DNA of 64,000 bases from Leptogorgia sarmentosa (lineage: Eukaryota), in the NCBI GenBank assembly GCA_964658305.1, contig OZ210885.1, forward strand, positions 19,592,001-19,656,000. Direction: 5' to 3'. Position 1 is the first letter of the stretch. Each line of letters starts with the position of its first letter. Of the stretch, positions 25,971-39,534 are shown one piece after another. The notes below the pieces were generated by a model, which worked only from the letters and a program-made list of their open reading frames with translations, was not told the origin of the DNA and made no database searches. Both the position numbers and the translations under genes were made by a program.

Positions 25971-26381
25971 CGAATTGGAATTTGAATTGGAAATGGTTGT
26001 TTAACACAAGTCTAGTATAAAATGCAAATGAATGCTTCGTTTAACTCGGTGCATGTCGGTCGTTTGCCATTCCCGAATCGGTCGCGAAGCCAGCGAACCA
26101 AGATAGGTCGGGAAAACGTGCCACATGCGCCCGCCAAAAAATCGCCAGAAATTCGTGGAGAACATGCGTGCGTCGCGAGCAGTTTCGCGCGTGCAGCCGA
26201 ATTAATTAGCAGCGCACAAATGATTGATTGTACGCGTCATCTTCACCGCGTGCCATAACGTTTGCGGCTCGTTTCGCTTGTGATGTTGCAGCCGGGGCTG
26301 CTAATGGCAGCGCGAAGGAGGACCACATTTTTTCACTTTGCTTTTCTCGCTTAAAAGATGGTGTGGAATGGCGAAGAAGGC

Positions 26382-26408
26382 ATCGCTTCTCGGCCTTTTG
26401 GCTACGAT
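26382..26408 (+). ncRNA. U2: U2 snRNA 5' fragment (nt 1-27), interrupted
   Basis: ATCGCTTCTCGGCCTTTTGGCTACGAT preceded by the array spacer. Confidence 0.9.
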
Positions 26409-27420
26409 TTCCTATCAAGAGAGAAGAGTTCTGCTGCAGAAGTATTTACAAACGAAGAAAGAAGTTTTTGAAGTTTGGTTGTGCGAATTGGTTCTGGTGG
26501 TCGTTGGTGGTGATCATTCTTGGTACATCGATGGCTGCAGTTCCTTTCGCTGCTCGAGCCCTGGTGGGTACGCTCCCCGATGCTGTTATGGCTGGTGTCG
26601 CGGATACTCCTGTTACCCTTAAGGAAATGATCGAGGATTTCCTTCATCAGGTTCCTGAGGCATCATCTATGATTGAGAATATTATGCAAACTGGTGCATC
26701 AACGTTTGTTATGCACTGTCGGGACAGTTGCCAAGCAGAAGCATTGCTTCATACTGGGTTGACTTTTCGATCCCACCCCGCTGAATTCGTTGCGGCCCCA
26801 AACACTCAGTGGGTCAAGTTAACGCGTGTCATGAATGGCAGAACCGAGAACGCCATAAAGTCTAGATTGGCGGATTATGGCACGGTCCTGAAGATACGAC
26901 GTGAACTGGTGCACGGAGTGGGCATTTCCGTCTACTTGGTGAAGATGGAACTCCGAAAACCTATCCCTTCCCGCCTCACAATCGCGAATTTTCCCGTGAA
27001 CATGTTCTATCGTGGCCAGGTGCAGCAGTGTTTCCGCTGCGAGCAGACTGGCCACCTGTCGAAATCCTGTCCATTTAAGAAATCCTGAGGTGTTCCGCCG
27101 CCTGGTATTACTGGTAACCATACAGTAACTCCACCTTCCGTGGTTAATCAAGAGTCTACTCTTAATCCTGTTCCTGGCGTCCAGGCTCATGCTGCTGGTC
27201 CAACTCCTGATGGTCCTGCGGCAGTTGACGTGGCTGGGGCTTCAGTTTCCTGTACCTTCTGGTTTGGATCCTGCTATGGATACATCCCCACCTACCTTGT
27301 TGGATGGGGCTTCGGAGACCGCATCCAGTACATCAACCCCAGTAAACCCGGATACCGGCAAACGACAGCGGAAGCAATCTTGTGAGGCCACGCTGTCAAA
27401 GAAGGACAAGCCTGATTGTC
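26409..27420 (+). mobile_element. Tx1-clade element A: 5' UTR and ORF1, starting inside U2
   Basis: ORF1 from ATG 26531 is RRM-like with the knuckle CFRCEQTGHLSKSC and a stop at 27088. The 3' boundary is approximate. Confidence 0.75.
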
Positions 27421-29996
27421 CCAGTTACAAGTATTATGAACGCGAGATGATCTGTGGCAGAATCCTAGCTAAGAACACCAGCTCCAGACCACGACCGAGA
27501 ACAGGATAGCAGGATGCAATATACGAAGTCGAGCCGCATGGATTGAGGACGGTGAGAAACCCACTAGGTACTTCTTTGAGCTAGAACGGAAAAAGCAGAC
27601 GGCTGCACGCATTACAGAACTGCAAACAGGGAACGGCCTAGCCAGGTCGGACAGAGACATACTGGCAACGGCACAGGCCTTTTACCAAGAACTATACACC
27701 AACGAACCGGTAGACACCGCGACCCAAGACAACCTTCTTGCCCAGCTCGATAACAGTTTGGACGAGCACGCGAAACGCACGTGCGAAGGGCCGAAGGCCC
27801 AGTCACAAGACAGGAATTGGACGCCTCGATCAAGAAGATGCACGTAAATAAGTCGCCCGGCCCAGATGGGCTCACTACGGAATTCTATCACACATTCTGG
27901 ACAGAACTGGCCGATGATCTATGTGCGGTGTATAACTACGCCCACGAACAAGAACAACTGCCTGACACACAAGCCACCTCCATCCTACGGCTACTATTTA
28001 AGAAAGGCAAAAGACGACATCTAAAGAACTGGAGACCCATTGCATTACTAAATACGGACTACAAGATTCTATCCACCACGATTGCAAACCGCCTTAAGCC
28101 CACCCTTTCCCAAGTGATTGGCGAACAACAGACATGCGGCATTCCGGGTCGAACGATATTCGAGACCACCATGGCCCTGCGAAACATTGTACATGATGTG
28201 AAAACAAGAGGGGCAAATGGCATCCTCATCAGTCTGGACCAGGAAAAGGCATTCGATCGCGTCAATAGACCCTTCCTCGAAAAGATCATGAAAAAACTGA
28301 ACTACGGCCCATCCTTCCTCAGTTGGATACAAACACTATACGCTGGGGCGAACTGCAAAATCATCAACAATGGACACTTGTTGTCAATCAGACCCTGTAG
28401 TCCTGCATCGGGGAATCAGGCAGGGATGTTCCCTGTCCCCCCTACTATATGTACTAGCAATCGAAACTGTCATCGCGGTGCTGAAAAGAAACCCACGAAT
28501 CCATGGCATAACCATTCCCGGAACCAGTGAAAGCCACAAGCTCGCAGCATACGCTGACGATGTGACCCTCACTCTCACTGACGACACTTCCGTAGTCCAC
28601 GCCTTTGACACCATCCAGGACTACGAGAGAGCGACTGGCAGCAAACTGAACCCCACCAAGACCGAAGGACTGTATTTGGGCCGACAAGCAGGACGAACAA
28701 CAGGGCCAGTCCCCATTACGTGGAACACCACGGCGATAACCATCTTGGGCGGGAAATATGGCAACGCGGACCACCAAGACTGGGATAAACCGGTCTCCAA
28801 ACTGGAACAGACCCTGACGCGTTGGCAAAAGCGGCATCTCACTTTGAAAGGGAAAACCGTGCTGATCAAGACCTACGGCCTCGCGAGTATAACCTACCTT
28901 GCCACAATTTTCCCTCTTCCCGATCAGATTGCCACGAAGATACATAAACTCATATTCCGATTTCTGTGGAACGACCGCAATGAACTGGTCTCACGCGCAA
29001 CTTGCCACCTCCCCCTGAGCGCGGGAGGGCTGGGCATCCCAGATCTCTACTCGTCCACCCGAGCCGTGACCGTCAAATGGATGAAGAACCTGACAGACCC
29101 ACGCAAATACAGTGTGTGGCTCTGCTACGGCCGTTACTGGACGGGCCTCTTTCTGGGGCTTTTTAAGCCAGAATGGAGCTGGCTACGATTGAACACGAGC
29201 CCACACGGGGACCCGAATCACATACCATCATGGTATTCCGCCATTTTGTCCTTTGCACAGGTGCACCGTGCTAACTTAATCCTAGCCCACCACCAACACC
29301 TGACAGCCAAGACATTCACGACCTGGCAACGAGACTACCAGGAACCCCGATGCATCCGGGAATGGAAACGAACCGTCCGCCCCCCGTTAGACATGGAGGG
29401 AAAGTGGAAATACTTATGGAACTCGGCGGCAGATAATCAAACCAAAGAAATCATGTGGAAAGCTATGCATAGAGTCTTACCGACGAAAAGCTACCTCTCC
29501 TCATGGGGAATGCAGATTGACCTGGGGTGCCCCTACTGCAAGCGCAGAGAAGACCTGCACCACGCCCTGCTTGGGTGCGAGAGAAACCTGGAACAAAGAA
29601 TACCAAGGAGGTGATTTGTACCACCAGTGCCTTGGCGCGATACGGAAGCGAATACAACACGAGAAAAGGACCAACAAGAGCCGACTGCTGTACATGTGGA
29701 ACTATAAAGACATTCTATGCTCACATCGCAGAGGCACCTTTGAAATTCACGTATAGACACTAAAAGAACCGAGTATCTAGTAGATAGCCTAATTAATAAA
29801 GAACAATGATATAGTAATGGATTAAGGTACTTACCTGCAGTTAGTAGTCAACGGACACGAACGCCAATGCTAACGGCACCTAAAAAAAGAAAAAAAGAAG
29901 TTAGTTAAAGAACAATGATATAGTAATGGGATTAAAGTACTTACCTGTAAATAGTCCAAATTAATGTGAATAAAGACTTTGAAAAACAAAAAAAAA
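27421..29996 (+). mobile_element. Tx1-clade element B: 3' part of ORF2 (RT), 3' UTR and A-tail
   Basis: GEKPTRYFF, KSPGPDGL, NWRPIALLNTDYKI, SLDQEKAFDRV, GIRQGCSLSP, AYADD and CPYC...EDLHH; AATAAA and an A-run ending at 29996. The 5' boundary is approximate. Confidence 0.85.
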
Positions 29997-32900
29997 GTAG
30001 ATGCACAATGTAGAAGTTCCACAACACATTAAATCAGTGAAAATTGAAAACTTATTCCCCGAAGGGAAATCCTATTACTGCTGTTTATGTGACAATATCA
30101 TCGCCTACTTACGTTGACGTGGAAGATCCTGCTAACAACTCGGTTACTTCCCAACCATCTACTTCCACCGTTTTAAGAAGCCCAATAACACCTAGACTAT
30201 GATTATGCCGAATTAATGTTAACACCACGCAACCACCAGCCCCCATCCCCATCAACCTCTAAGACGAATCCAACCCCAATCCTATTACCGATGTCCCTAA
30301 CACCCAACCAATAACAACACCCGTACTAACCCATACACCACTCCCTCCCACATCCCCTCTACCTGAACCATCCATTATTGATCTAAGCATCGATGAAGAC
30401 GAGGACACTGTCACAGCTCCACCTAGACCAAGTGGAAATTCCACTCCTAACCGCCACTCCGGATGTCATACTCACAATTGCGAAGATTCACCCCTTAATC
30501 TCCCAACCCATCCTAATACCAACCTCAACATGCACGATTTCCCTCCTGATCCAGTGGTCGCCCTAAACGGTTGTACTACCGTGCAAGATGAGGATGTATC
30601 AAGCAACTCCCACACCCAACATACACCTACTCCACATACCCCTTCCTCTCCTACAACGGCTTCCCAAAACCCATTCATCATTCCCCCTCCTTTATCCGAA
30701 GTCCTTACCCCGCCATCCTCTATACCACCAACAACTCCTCCAACTGACCATAACAATCCCCAACTCCAAACCCCCCCCCTCTAATCACCAAGCTGACCCT
30801 TTCCAACAACGCTGGTTAAACTCTTACCAAAACACCAACAACTGGACTGAGTTCTCGGACGAATGCTACAAGTTCTCCGAGGATGTCATTAAAACCAGCT
30901 CTGAGAGACTTCCCAAGAAAAAGTCTGCCGTCCCCCGTCGTCCCCAGAGACCCTCAGCACGCCCAATTAATAACAACAGAACCCCACTGCGATATAACCC
31001 ACACGAAGCCAAAAAGATCCAGGCCTTATATCGTATGTCTAAAAAGCGTGCTGCAAGGAAAGTCCTCAATGAGAATTCACCATCATACACCGGATCGACG
31101 GAAGACGCAAACTCTTTCTTTAACAAAGTCTTCGCACAAAAACAGTGTAACACGGATGAAATAAAACGTGGCTTGGAAGAATTCGTACCGTCTGCACCAA
31201 TAGATGAGAGCTTGTATTCCCCAATCACACCTGAAGAAGCTGCTAGAAAACTCCGTTCCCTATCCAATTCCGCTCCAGGATCAGACAAGGTAGAATACCG
31301 TCATCTTCGATCTGTTGACCCAAAATGCATCATATTATCTTCCATCTTCAACCGATGCCTATCCGAAAGCAATGTTCCTGACCAATGGAAAACGTCCTCC
31401 ACCATCCTGATTCACAAAAAAGGTGACGTCGCTAATGTCTCTAACTTCAGACCAATAGCACTGATGAGCTGTATATACAAGCTTCTTATGAGTATCATCG
31501 CGAACTGTCTGGTAAACTATTCCATTAATCAAAATCTATTATCAGATGTCCAAAAAAGCGCTCGGCCTACCAAAGGATGTTATGAACATACTTTCCTCTT
31601 ACAATCCCTTGTTCTCGACGCAAAACGAATTGGTAAAGATCTATACTTATCGTGGTTAGATCTCAAAAACGCGTTTGGCAGCGTCCCACACAATGTCATT
31701 GAAACCACCTTACAACATCTTGGCATCCCTCCAGGAATTTCAGACCTCATCAAAAATGTTTACACCAATGCTACCACCCAAATCAATACTCCTTCTGGCA
31801 CGACACCCCTCATTCCAATACTCGCCGGTGTTAAGCAAGGATGCCCACTTTCTCCAATCTTATTCAATCTTTGCATTGAAATTATCCTCCGATCAGTTAT
31901 CGCGAAAGGTCAAACAAATGGTCCAGTTAAACATCACGGACAACAAATAAGTGTGTTAGCTTACGCTGACGACCTGGTTCTGATAGCGAAGGATAAATGG
32001 CTCCTACAACAACTTCTGGACGCCGCATCCTCATCAGCATCGCTTATCGGCTTGCAGTTTAGACCCGACAAATGTGCCTCCCTAAGCCTCACGTATTCAA
32101 AGAAACACAAAACGAACATCCAAAAGAACGATTTCAGTGTCCAAGGGAAAACCATGCCAGCTCTTAACGATCATGAGCACTACAGATACTTAGGCGTTCC
32201 AATTGGTATGACTTGTAACGTAGAAAACCTAGACAAATTAGTTGCTGACCTCACTGCCGACCTAGAACGTATTCAATCTTCTCTACTGGCACCATGGCAA
32301 AAATTAGACGCAATACGAACATTTATCCAACCATGTTTAACATTCGCCCTAAGATCTGGTGAACCAATGAAGTTGTCTCTGCTAAATTATCGCAAAAAAC
32401 TAATTCAGGTTGTACGCTCCATCTTAAACCTACCAACATGTGCTACTTCCCATATAATATTTGCATCCCGTAAAGTCGGTGGACCAGCATTTCAAGATCC
32501 TATGGTTGAAGTAGACATCCAAACTGTGGTCCAAGGCATTAAAATGCTATCATCTTCTGACCCAATGGTGTCATCCGTAGCAAGATCTGAACTCTGGGCA
32601 TCTGTCAGATTCGCCACACGCGAGAACCTGTCTCCTGCTCTCACCAAAGACTTCCTTTCTGGCTCAACAAGCGGCAAACTACATCCCAACCGCATAAGAT
32701 ATTGCACTCATTCCCTCTGAACCCATACCAGATCTGCCTGCCGACGCTTAAAGATCTCATTCTCTGTCCCCAACAATGACGAACCCGTTATTCTCAACAG
32801 AGTCCAGTGGTCCTCGTCGAGCAAAAGTGGCATGCTCCTTCCTCCATCAACTATCACAAGAACGTGCAACAAAGAAATTATTAGATCTACCGGACCAAGG

Positions 32901-33881
32901 GAAAGTTGCTCGAGCCATGATCAAGGATGCTTTTGGCAATGGGTCATCGTGGATGTTCACTGGCCTCAACATGAAATTTAAAGACTGGCGCTTTATACAT
33001 CGTGCCCGAATGAACGTCGTCCCAACCAACAAAAATAAATCAAAATGGAGCGATGAATTCTCTCATGAATGTAGAGTATGCCAATCCAAAGACGAAACCC
33101 TTCCACACATCCTATGCCACTGCAAACAAAACATGACCCTAATACGCAACCGACACGACAAAATCGTTGAGAGACTACGTAAAGCCCACCGCTTTGGTAA
33201 CTTAAGAATTGACCATCAAATTCCAGGCCTAAACGATGCTTGTCGCCCAGACTTGGTAATAACCAACGAAAACGAAGTAACGGTCATTGATGTCACCTGT
33301 CCTTTCGAAAATGATGAATCAGCGCTCGCAGCTGCAGATTATGCCAAAGTGATGAAATACCAAAATGTCAAATCCCACTTTTAATCGCTCGGTATGAACA
33401 GCAATGTGTATGGTTTTGTCATCGGACGTCTTGGTACATGGCACCCCAACAACGAAGCTGTTATCCGAAGTCTTGGCATGTCACGACGATACAAATCACT
33501 CTTTCGTAAACTGTGTTGCAGTGATGTCATTCAAGGATCAACAGAAATCTACTATCAACACATGAACTATTATTCTTAAGAATAATAAACATTTAGTATA
33601 GTGATTTTAACATTCATCATCAATATATACTTGTTCTATTGCCTCCCATAATAATACTGTGACACGCAAAGGAAAGTGCCAGTATTGTAATGTTAATGTC
33701 TCCAACTCAGTACCGATGAACAACTTATCGAACATTTAATGTCCACATAAATGAATAATTTTCATAATTATTCATAAACAGTACATCTGAACTTCTATTT
33801 TATTAGAAAACTTTTCAACCATATAGTAACTATTATCCAAAGCTTTGTAAATATTTCTTGATTTTTGAATAAATTTTATGC
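29997..33881 (+). mobile_element. Utopia-like (NeSL/R2-group) RLE non-LTR retrotransposon A, near complete, frameshifted
   Basis: RT (GVKQGCPLSP, LAYADD), CRVC...ETLPHILCHC finger and RPDLV...IDVTCPFE endonuclease. The 3' end joins U2 nt 39 (TCTGTTCTT). Confidence 0.9.
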
Positions 33882-34038
33882 TCTGTTCTTGTCAGCTTAA
33901 TATCTGATATGTTAGGCAATGTCCTAACTCATATATTAAACTGATTTTTGGACCTCGGCCATGGGATTGAAGCTTGCTTCGCCCTGGCCACTGGTTGTCT
34001 AGGTATTGCACTACCTCCAAGTACGGCCCACTTCCCCC
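33882..34038 (+). ncRNA. U2: U2 snRNA 3' part (from nt 39), interrupted
   Basis: TCTGTTCTTGTCAGCTTAATATCTGATA, Sm site ATTTTTGG and the stem-loop IV loop TATTGCAC. Confidence 0.9.
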
Positions 34039-34056
34039 AATTTCAATTCAAAATTC

Positions 34057-34184
34057 GGAGGTCCTCTCAGGATGAGGCCCTTTCATTGCACTTCGAGTGG
34101 GTTGACTCCTGCGATTACCCCTAATGTGGGTAACTCGAGCGTACCATTTCTGGTAGTGGGGACCTACGTTCGCGCTCGTCCCCT
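34057..34184 (+). pseudogene. U1: U1 snRNA 3' part (5' end deleted)
   Basis: Matches nt 37-164 of the U1 at 41788: CATTGCAC loop, an altered Sm site and the terminal hairpin. Confidence 0.9.
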
Positions 34185-34544
34185 TTATCATCCATCTTAT
34201 TATTCCCATTTCCATACTCAAAAATGATATTATAAGTGTCGTCGGGCATGCTAGTGTATTGCCGAGACAGCAATTCTATGGGTTCTTCACACTGGCCGCG
34301 TGTTTCACGAACATATGTAACTCGATACTACATCGGTCATTCGAAACTAATATAGAACCATGTAATCAATATTGGATTGCTCATACCACGCTGCATACAT
34401 GTCACATGGAATGAGCGAATGAGTCAATCAATACGCACTGCCAACCGATCATGCATTTTATACTAGATTTATGTAAAACAACCATTTCCAATTCAAATGC
34501 ACTCATCATTTCCCTAACCGAAGTGCAACCGGGCACGCTTCGTT

Positions 34545-36487
34545 CAGAGGACTGAAGTTCCAACAACAGAAGTTGTCACCACACAAGTTGAGGTGGTACA
34601 GCCGCCAAAGTCGCAGCATTCAGCTCCGGCTTCTTTTGCTGAAGCCGTGCAGCAGGGGCTCACGACTCCCCCAGCAACTGAGCATACTAGTCCGGTGGCA
34701 GAGGTAGAGGTCACCCAGAATGTAAGTGGTGAAGTAGGGGCTAACCAGGCAGCCAGTGATGCTGAGGTGAAGGCAGCAGGTGAACCCCATGTAGATTTAC
34801 ATAAAGATGATAAAGAGACAGGACGTGACAATGATGTCAGTCCAACAGAGTTGGAGAATGAGAAGTCTTCTCTAGACATCATCCCTCCTTCCACCAAGAG
34901 AGCGCGAAAAGATGATAGCAGCTCTGACGGTGGGGATAGCGGCAGTGATGCAGAAAGCAATAGGGGAGGGGAGAGTGGGGGTAAGATTACCAAGCTTGAC
35001 CCCTCCCAGGATCTTTTCGAGAGTGGGGAGATGACCCCGGCAATGTCAGATGAAGAGGAGGAAGAGAGTAAAGCTTCCAGTGATTCTGACGATCATTCAA
35101 CCAATACGGACATGATTTTGGAAACCCCTAAGGACCCAGATACTAATGATGATAATTTAAGCTCGCCCCCGGCTACCGACTCAACGGATTTCCCTTTAAC
35201 CCAACTTACCCCAATTAACGTTCCTTCTGTTCAAAATGTTTCGCAGCCTTCTTCAGCTGCTTTAAAAAATGTTTCGCAGTCTTCTTCAGCTGCATTTGAT
35301 TTATTTTTATCTAAGAAAACCAAGCCAAGACCTGTGTACGGAACAGGTCCTCGGCGTCAATCCCGACCTCATAAGTTTTTGTAATGGCTAATATAGAAAT
35401 AATCTCACTAAATTGTCAAGGGCTACGTTCCTTAGACAACAGAGATACACTTTTTTCATGGCTTAATTGTTGCAAAGTAGATTTCTTGTGCCTCCAAGAA
35501 ACACACACAGTCTCAGAGAAGGAGATGGAGTCCTGGCTACGGAATGCAAAAGATTCCAGCATTCTTAAACCAGCATATAAGTGTGTTTCGTCCCCTGGAA
35601 CAAATAGGAGTTGTGGGGTGGCCATTCTTTATCTGAGCAAGTACGATCTTTCTTCCTGTGCTCGTGATGACAGTGGACGGATGGTTTCTGCCAGATTTTC
35701 TAGTGGGATAATTGAATTCCAGCTATGTAATATATATGGGCCTAATAAAGCAAAGGAAGGTGACGCCTTTTTTGAAAATTTATATGCGGTTTTGCCCCCC
35801 GACCTCCCTGTGATTTTTTGTGGGGATTTCAACACCGTAGTAGACCCCAATAAAGACCATAGGGGCTGTAACCCATTTTCGATCTGGGCCTATAACTGGT
35901 CCCAAACGTTATCCAACCTCATGTCCTCATATGATTTACGTGATGCTTGGCGAACTAAATATCCTGAGGCGGTGGAATTTACATGGCAACGTCCCAATAA
36001 TCGTCAGGCCAGCCGCCTAGATATGTTTTGGGTATCTACCTTTTTTCTGCAATTAATTTTAACGATCGGAATTCTCCCCATTTTTCGTTCAGATCATTCA
36101 TATATTTATATGAAATTTTCGGTGCCAAACACAGCAAATCGGGGTCCTGGGATCTGGAAATTTAATACTAGTCTTTTGAAAGACTTGAGTTTTATTTTAA
36201 TGGTTACCCAGTTCTGGGAATCATGGCAAAGGGAAAAAAGTTCGTTCTTCTCCTTGTCTGCGTGGTGGGATGCAGGGAAAGCGAGATTGCGCAGTAAAAT
36301 CTGTGCCTATTCTAGGAAGAAGGCTTCCACATTTCGAAAATACATAAGAACGCTTGAAAATACGCTCTTTTGCCTGAAGCGTAGAGCAGAAAGGGGGGAA
36401 GAGGTGAATGGATTAATAGCAGACACTCAAGCAGAACTAGAAGAGGCTAATCGTCAGAAAGCTCGAGGTGCACGCATCAGAGCATGA
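34545..36487 (+). mobile_element. Tx1-clade element C: end of ORF1 plus the ORF2 AP-endonuclease domain
   Basis: Acidic low-complexity ORF1 tail with a TAATG overlap at 35384; SLNCQGLR, CLQETH, GDFN, SRLD and SDH motifs; truncated. Confidence 0.85.
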
Positions 36488-36504
36488 TTAAACTAATATA
36501 TATA

Positions 36505-37090
36505 CAGGGTGTCTCAAAAAAAAGGTAATCCAACTTTGGCATGCCATTGTGCGTTAATTACTGGGTGTACGAACGTGATTTTTGCATGGTCATAAAGATC
36601 AAGGTCTTAGCAGTTGAATGACATATTTGTTGTACGATATGGAAGAAAATCAGGCAAATGCGAGCGTGTTGAAAAATCTCGGTGAAAAACGCATTCTTTC
36701 ACCTCTGTGCCTAATTAAAGCAATGCATAACAAAAGAATAATGCCATTCATCGCGAATGTGTCATGGAAACAAAGATTTTATCAGGATTATTAATAATTA
36801 TGCATAATCAGGTCGATTGTTGAAGGGAAGGTCGTCATCTTCGAGTCCCAGAGGGAGTTAATTTTGAATAAGTTTAGCTGCAATTCTCAGAGGTGAAAGA
36901 ATGCGTTTTTCACCGAGATTTTTCAACACGCTCGCATTTGCCTGATTTTCTTCCATATCGTACAACAAATATGTCATTCAACTGCTAAGACCTTGATCTT
37001 TATGACCATGCAAAAATCACGTTCGTACACCCAGTAAATAACGCACAATGGCATGCCAAAGTTGGATTACCTTTTTTTTGAGACACCCTG
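36505..37090. mobile_element. Tc1/mariner-type MITE with long TIRs
   Basis: CAGGGTGTCTC...GAGACACCCTG with arms of about 203 bp (36505-36707, 36888-37090), flanked by TA. Confidence 0.9.
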
Positions 37091-37367
37091 TATAACCATA
37101 CACGTGCCACGTGCACCCGCGAAAAAATCGCCAGAAATTTGTGGAGAACACACGTGCATCGCGAGCAGATTCGAGCGTGCAGCCGAATTAATTAGCAGCA
37201 CACAAACGATTGATTGTACTCGTCATCATCGCCGCGTGCCATAACGTTTGCGGCTCGTTTCGCTTGCGATTTCACGGCCGTGGCTGCTAATGGCGGCACG
37301 AAGGAGGACCGCATTTTTTCACCTTGCTTTTCTCGCTTAAAAGATGGCGTGGAATGGCAAAGAAGGC

Positions 37368-37382
37368 ATCGCTTCTCGGCCT
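37368..37382 (+). ncRNA. U2: U2 snRNA 5' fragment (nt 1-15)
   Basis: ATCGCTTCTCGGCCT after the same upstream spacer as at 26382. Confidence 0.85.
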
Positions 37383-38956
37383 CACGTTCCATGTGCACAA
37401 TCAGCTCCCAACATCATGGCTCCCCTTACCAACAAGGTCATCAAAAACAAACTCAAATCGCTAGCCAATTCGGCCCCTGGGAAACACTGTGTCAAATACT
37501 GCCACTTACGTTCCATGTGCACAATCAGCTCCCAACATTATGGCTCCCCTTACCAACAAGGTCATCAAAAACAAACAAACTCAAATCGCTAGCCAATTCG
37601 GCCCCTGGGAAACACTGTGTCGAATACCGCCACTTACGAGCTGCTGACCCCGACTGCAAAATCCTCAACACCATCTACAACAAATGTCTAGTTGAGAAGA
37701 AGATACCAGCTATATGGAAGGAATCGACAACCATCCTCATATACAAAAAAGGGGACAGTAGCGACCCAAGTAACTTCAGACCAATTGGCCTAATGTCTTG
37801 TCTATACCAGCTGTTCTCATCATTACTGGCTTCGTGTACCCTTCAATCAATTGTCGCCTATTGCAAAAGAAACCAAAAGAACTGTTTCCTTTCTTGGCTT
37901 GATGTGAGAAACGCGTTCGGCAGCATTAACCATGAGGCTATTTATATTACCCTGCGACACATGGGCTTCTCCGAATCACTGATTGAGTTAATAAAGGATA
38001 TTTACACTGATGCTAGCACTGTAGTCTGCACCTCTCGTGATCATGAGACCACCCCAATCGATGTCAACGCTGAGTGAAACAAGGATGCCCAATCAGCCCA
38101 GTTCTGTTCAATCTCACCTCCGAGCTGCTTATACGAACGGTATTGTCTCGAGCCCAACAAAACCCAGCTATCCCCTTCAAACTCCGCAACCAACCCATCT
38201 CAATTCTGGCCTATGCTGACGATTTGGTTCTCATTAGCAGAACAAAAGAAGGATTGCAAGATCTCCTTGATGACATCTCTATCGCAGCCAATACCCTTAA
38301 TCTGGCCTTTAGACAAGACAAATGCTCTACCCTGTCGCTAACGTGTTCCACCAACATACCATCAAGAGTGTCCGACTACGTCTTCACGGTTCAAGATCTC
38401 CCAATCCCGGCTCTTAAGAAAGAAGAATCCTACCGTTACCTAGGAGTCCCGATTGGTCTAATATATGATCCCGTAGACATGTTAACCATCACCAGTAAAC
38501 TGATTTCAGACTTGACCAAAATCAGAGACTCTTTGTTAGCGCCGTGGCAGAAACTAGATGCAATACGCAATATCTGATTGAACACTTTGCTAAAGAAAAT
38601 AAAGTCGCCAAGGTGTTTGGTTTCGTGGTTGGTGCCTTAGGATCGTGGTATGACGGCAACGAACTGCCAATTTCTAAATATTATAGAACATTATTTTGCA
38701 AGCTGTGTTGTGCAGATGCGACTAGAGTATCAAGAAACATTTATGTTGAACACCTGTCCGGTGTTCCCCAGTAATCTACCAACTAGAAACAATAATGATT
38801 TTAACTGGTAAATTTATAATTTCCCCCCCCAGCTTACATCAAAATAGGTGAAAGAACTTTCTCTGAACTTTGAGCACACATGTAATAGTATAAACATTTC
38901 TCCCCCAGTTAATTGAGTACCAGTGTAAATAGGATCTTTATTGCTAATAAAAAATT
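37383..38956 (+). mobile_element. Utopia-like element B, 5' truncated and internally deleted
   Basis: NSAPG, NFRPIGLMSC, KQGCPISP, LAYADD and SLLAPWQKLDAIR; 124-bp tandem duplication at 37384/37508. The 3' end joins U2 nt 39. Confidence 0.85.
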
Positions 38957-39114
38957 TCTGTTCTTATCAGCTTAATATCTGATATGTTAGGCAATGTCCT
39001 AACTCGTATATTAAACTAAAATTGATTTTTGGATCATGGGATTGAAGCTTGCTTCACCCTGGCTACGGGTTGTCTCGGTATTGCACTACCTCCGAGTACG
39101 GCCCACTTCGCCCC
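38957..39114 (+). ncRNA. U2: U2 snRNA 3' part (from nt 39)
   Basis: TCTGTTCTTATCAGCTTAATATCTGATA through GTATTGCACTACCTCCGAGTACGGCCC. Confidence 0.9.
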
Positions 39115-39506
39115 AATTTCATTATTGGGGGAAGATTTCTCACTATCAGTTCAAAATTCTAACAAATTATTCTTGCCTTTACAGTTCATCGCGATCCGGC
39201 TTTTGGCAGGGGATGTATATAATGACATATTCAGTGCGGATGACCGACCACGAATTACACTTGCATGTTAAGCAGCCTAACACATTCATGTTATAATAGT
39301 GTTGGGTAGCTCGCTGGCCAACAAAGCAGCATCACTGTTCATGAGATTTACATTCATGGATTTTTTTGTAAACTCGTATTGAATATGGTCGAGAATTCTC
39401 GGAACGTGCAAACACGGTGCAGTCCGAGAGATCGATCGATCCACAGACGACAAGCATTCCTCGCGGTTGCAGCGTATAAAAAGTTAATCGTATGCGACCT
39501 GAAGTC

Positions 39507-39534
39507 ATACTTACCTGGCGAGAGGCACCTTGAT
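39507..39534 (+). ncRNA. U1: U1 snRNA 5' fragment, interrupted
   Basis: ATACTTACCTGGCGAGAGGCACCTTGAT after the U1 upstream spacer. Confidence 0.9.

Noticed and set aside
34039..34056. TTCAATTCAAAA before the U1 3' fragment, read as the tail of a U1-inserted Tx1
   Set aside because: AATTTCA and TTCAAAATTC both occur in the normal U2 downstream spacer (39115-39160), so two deletions explain the sequence.
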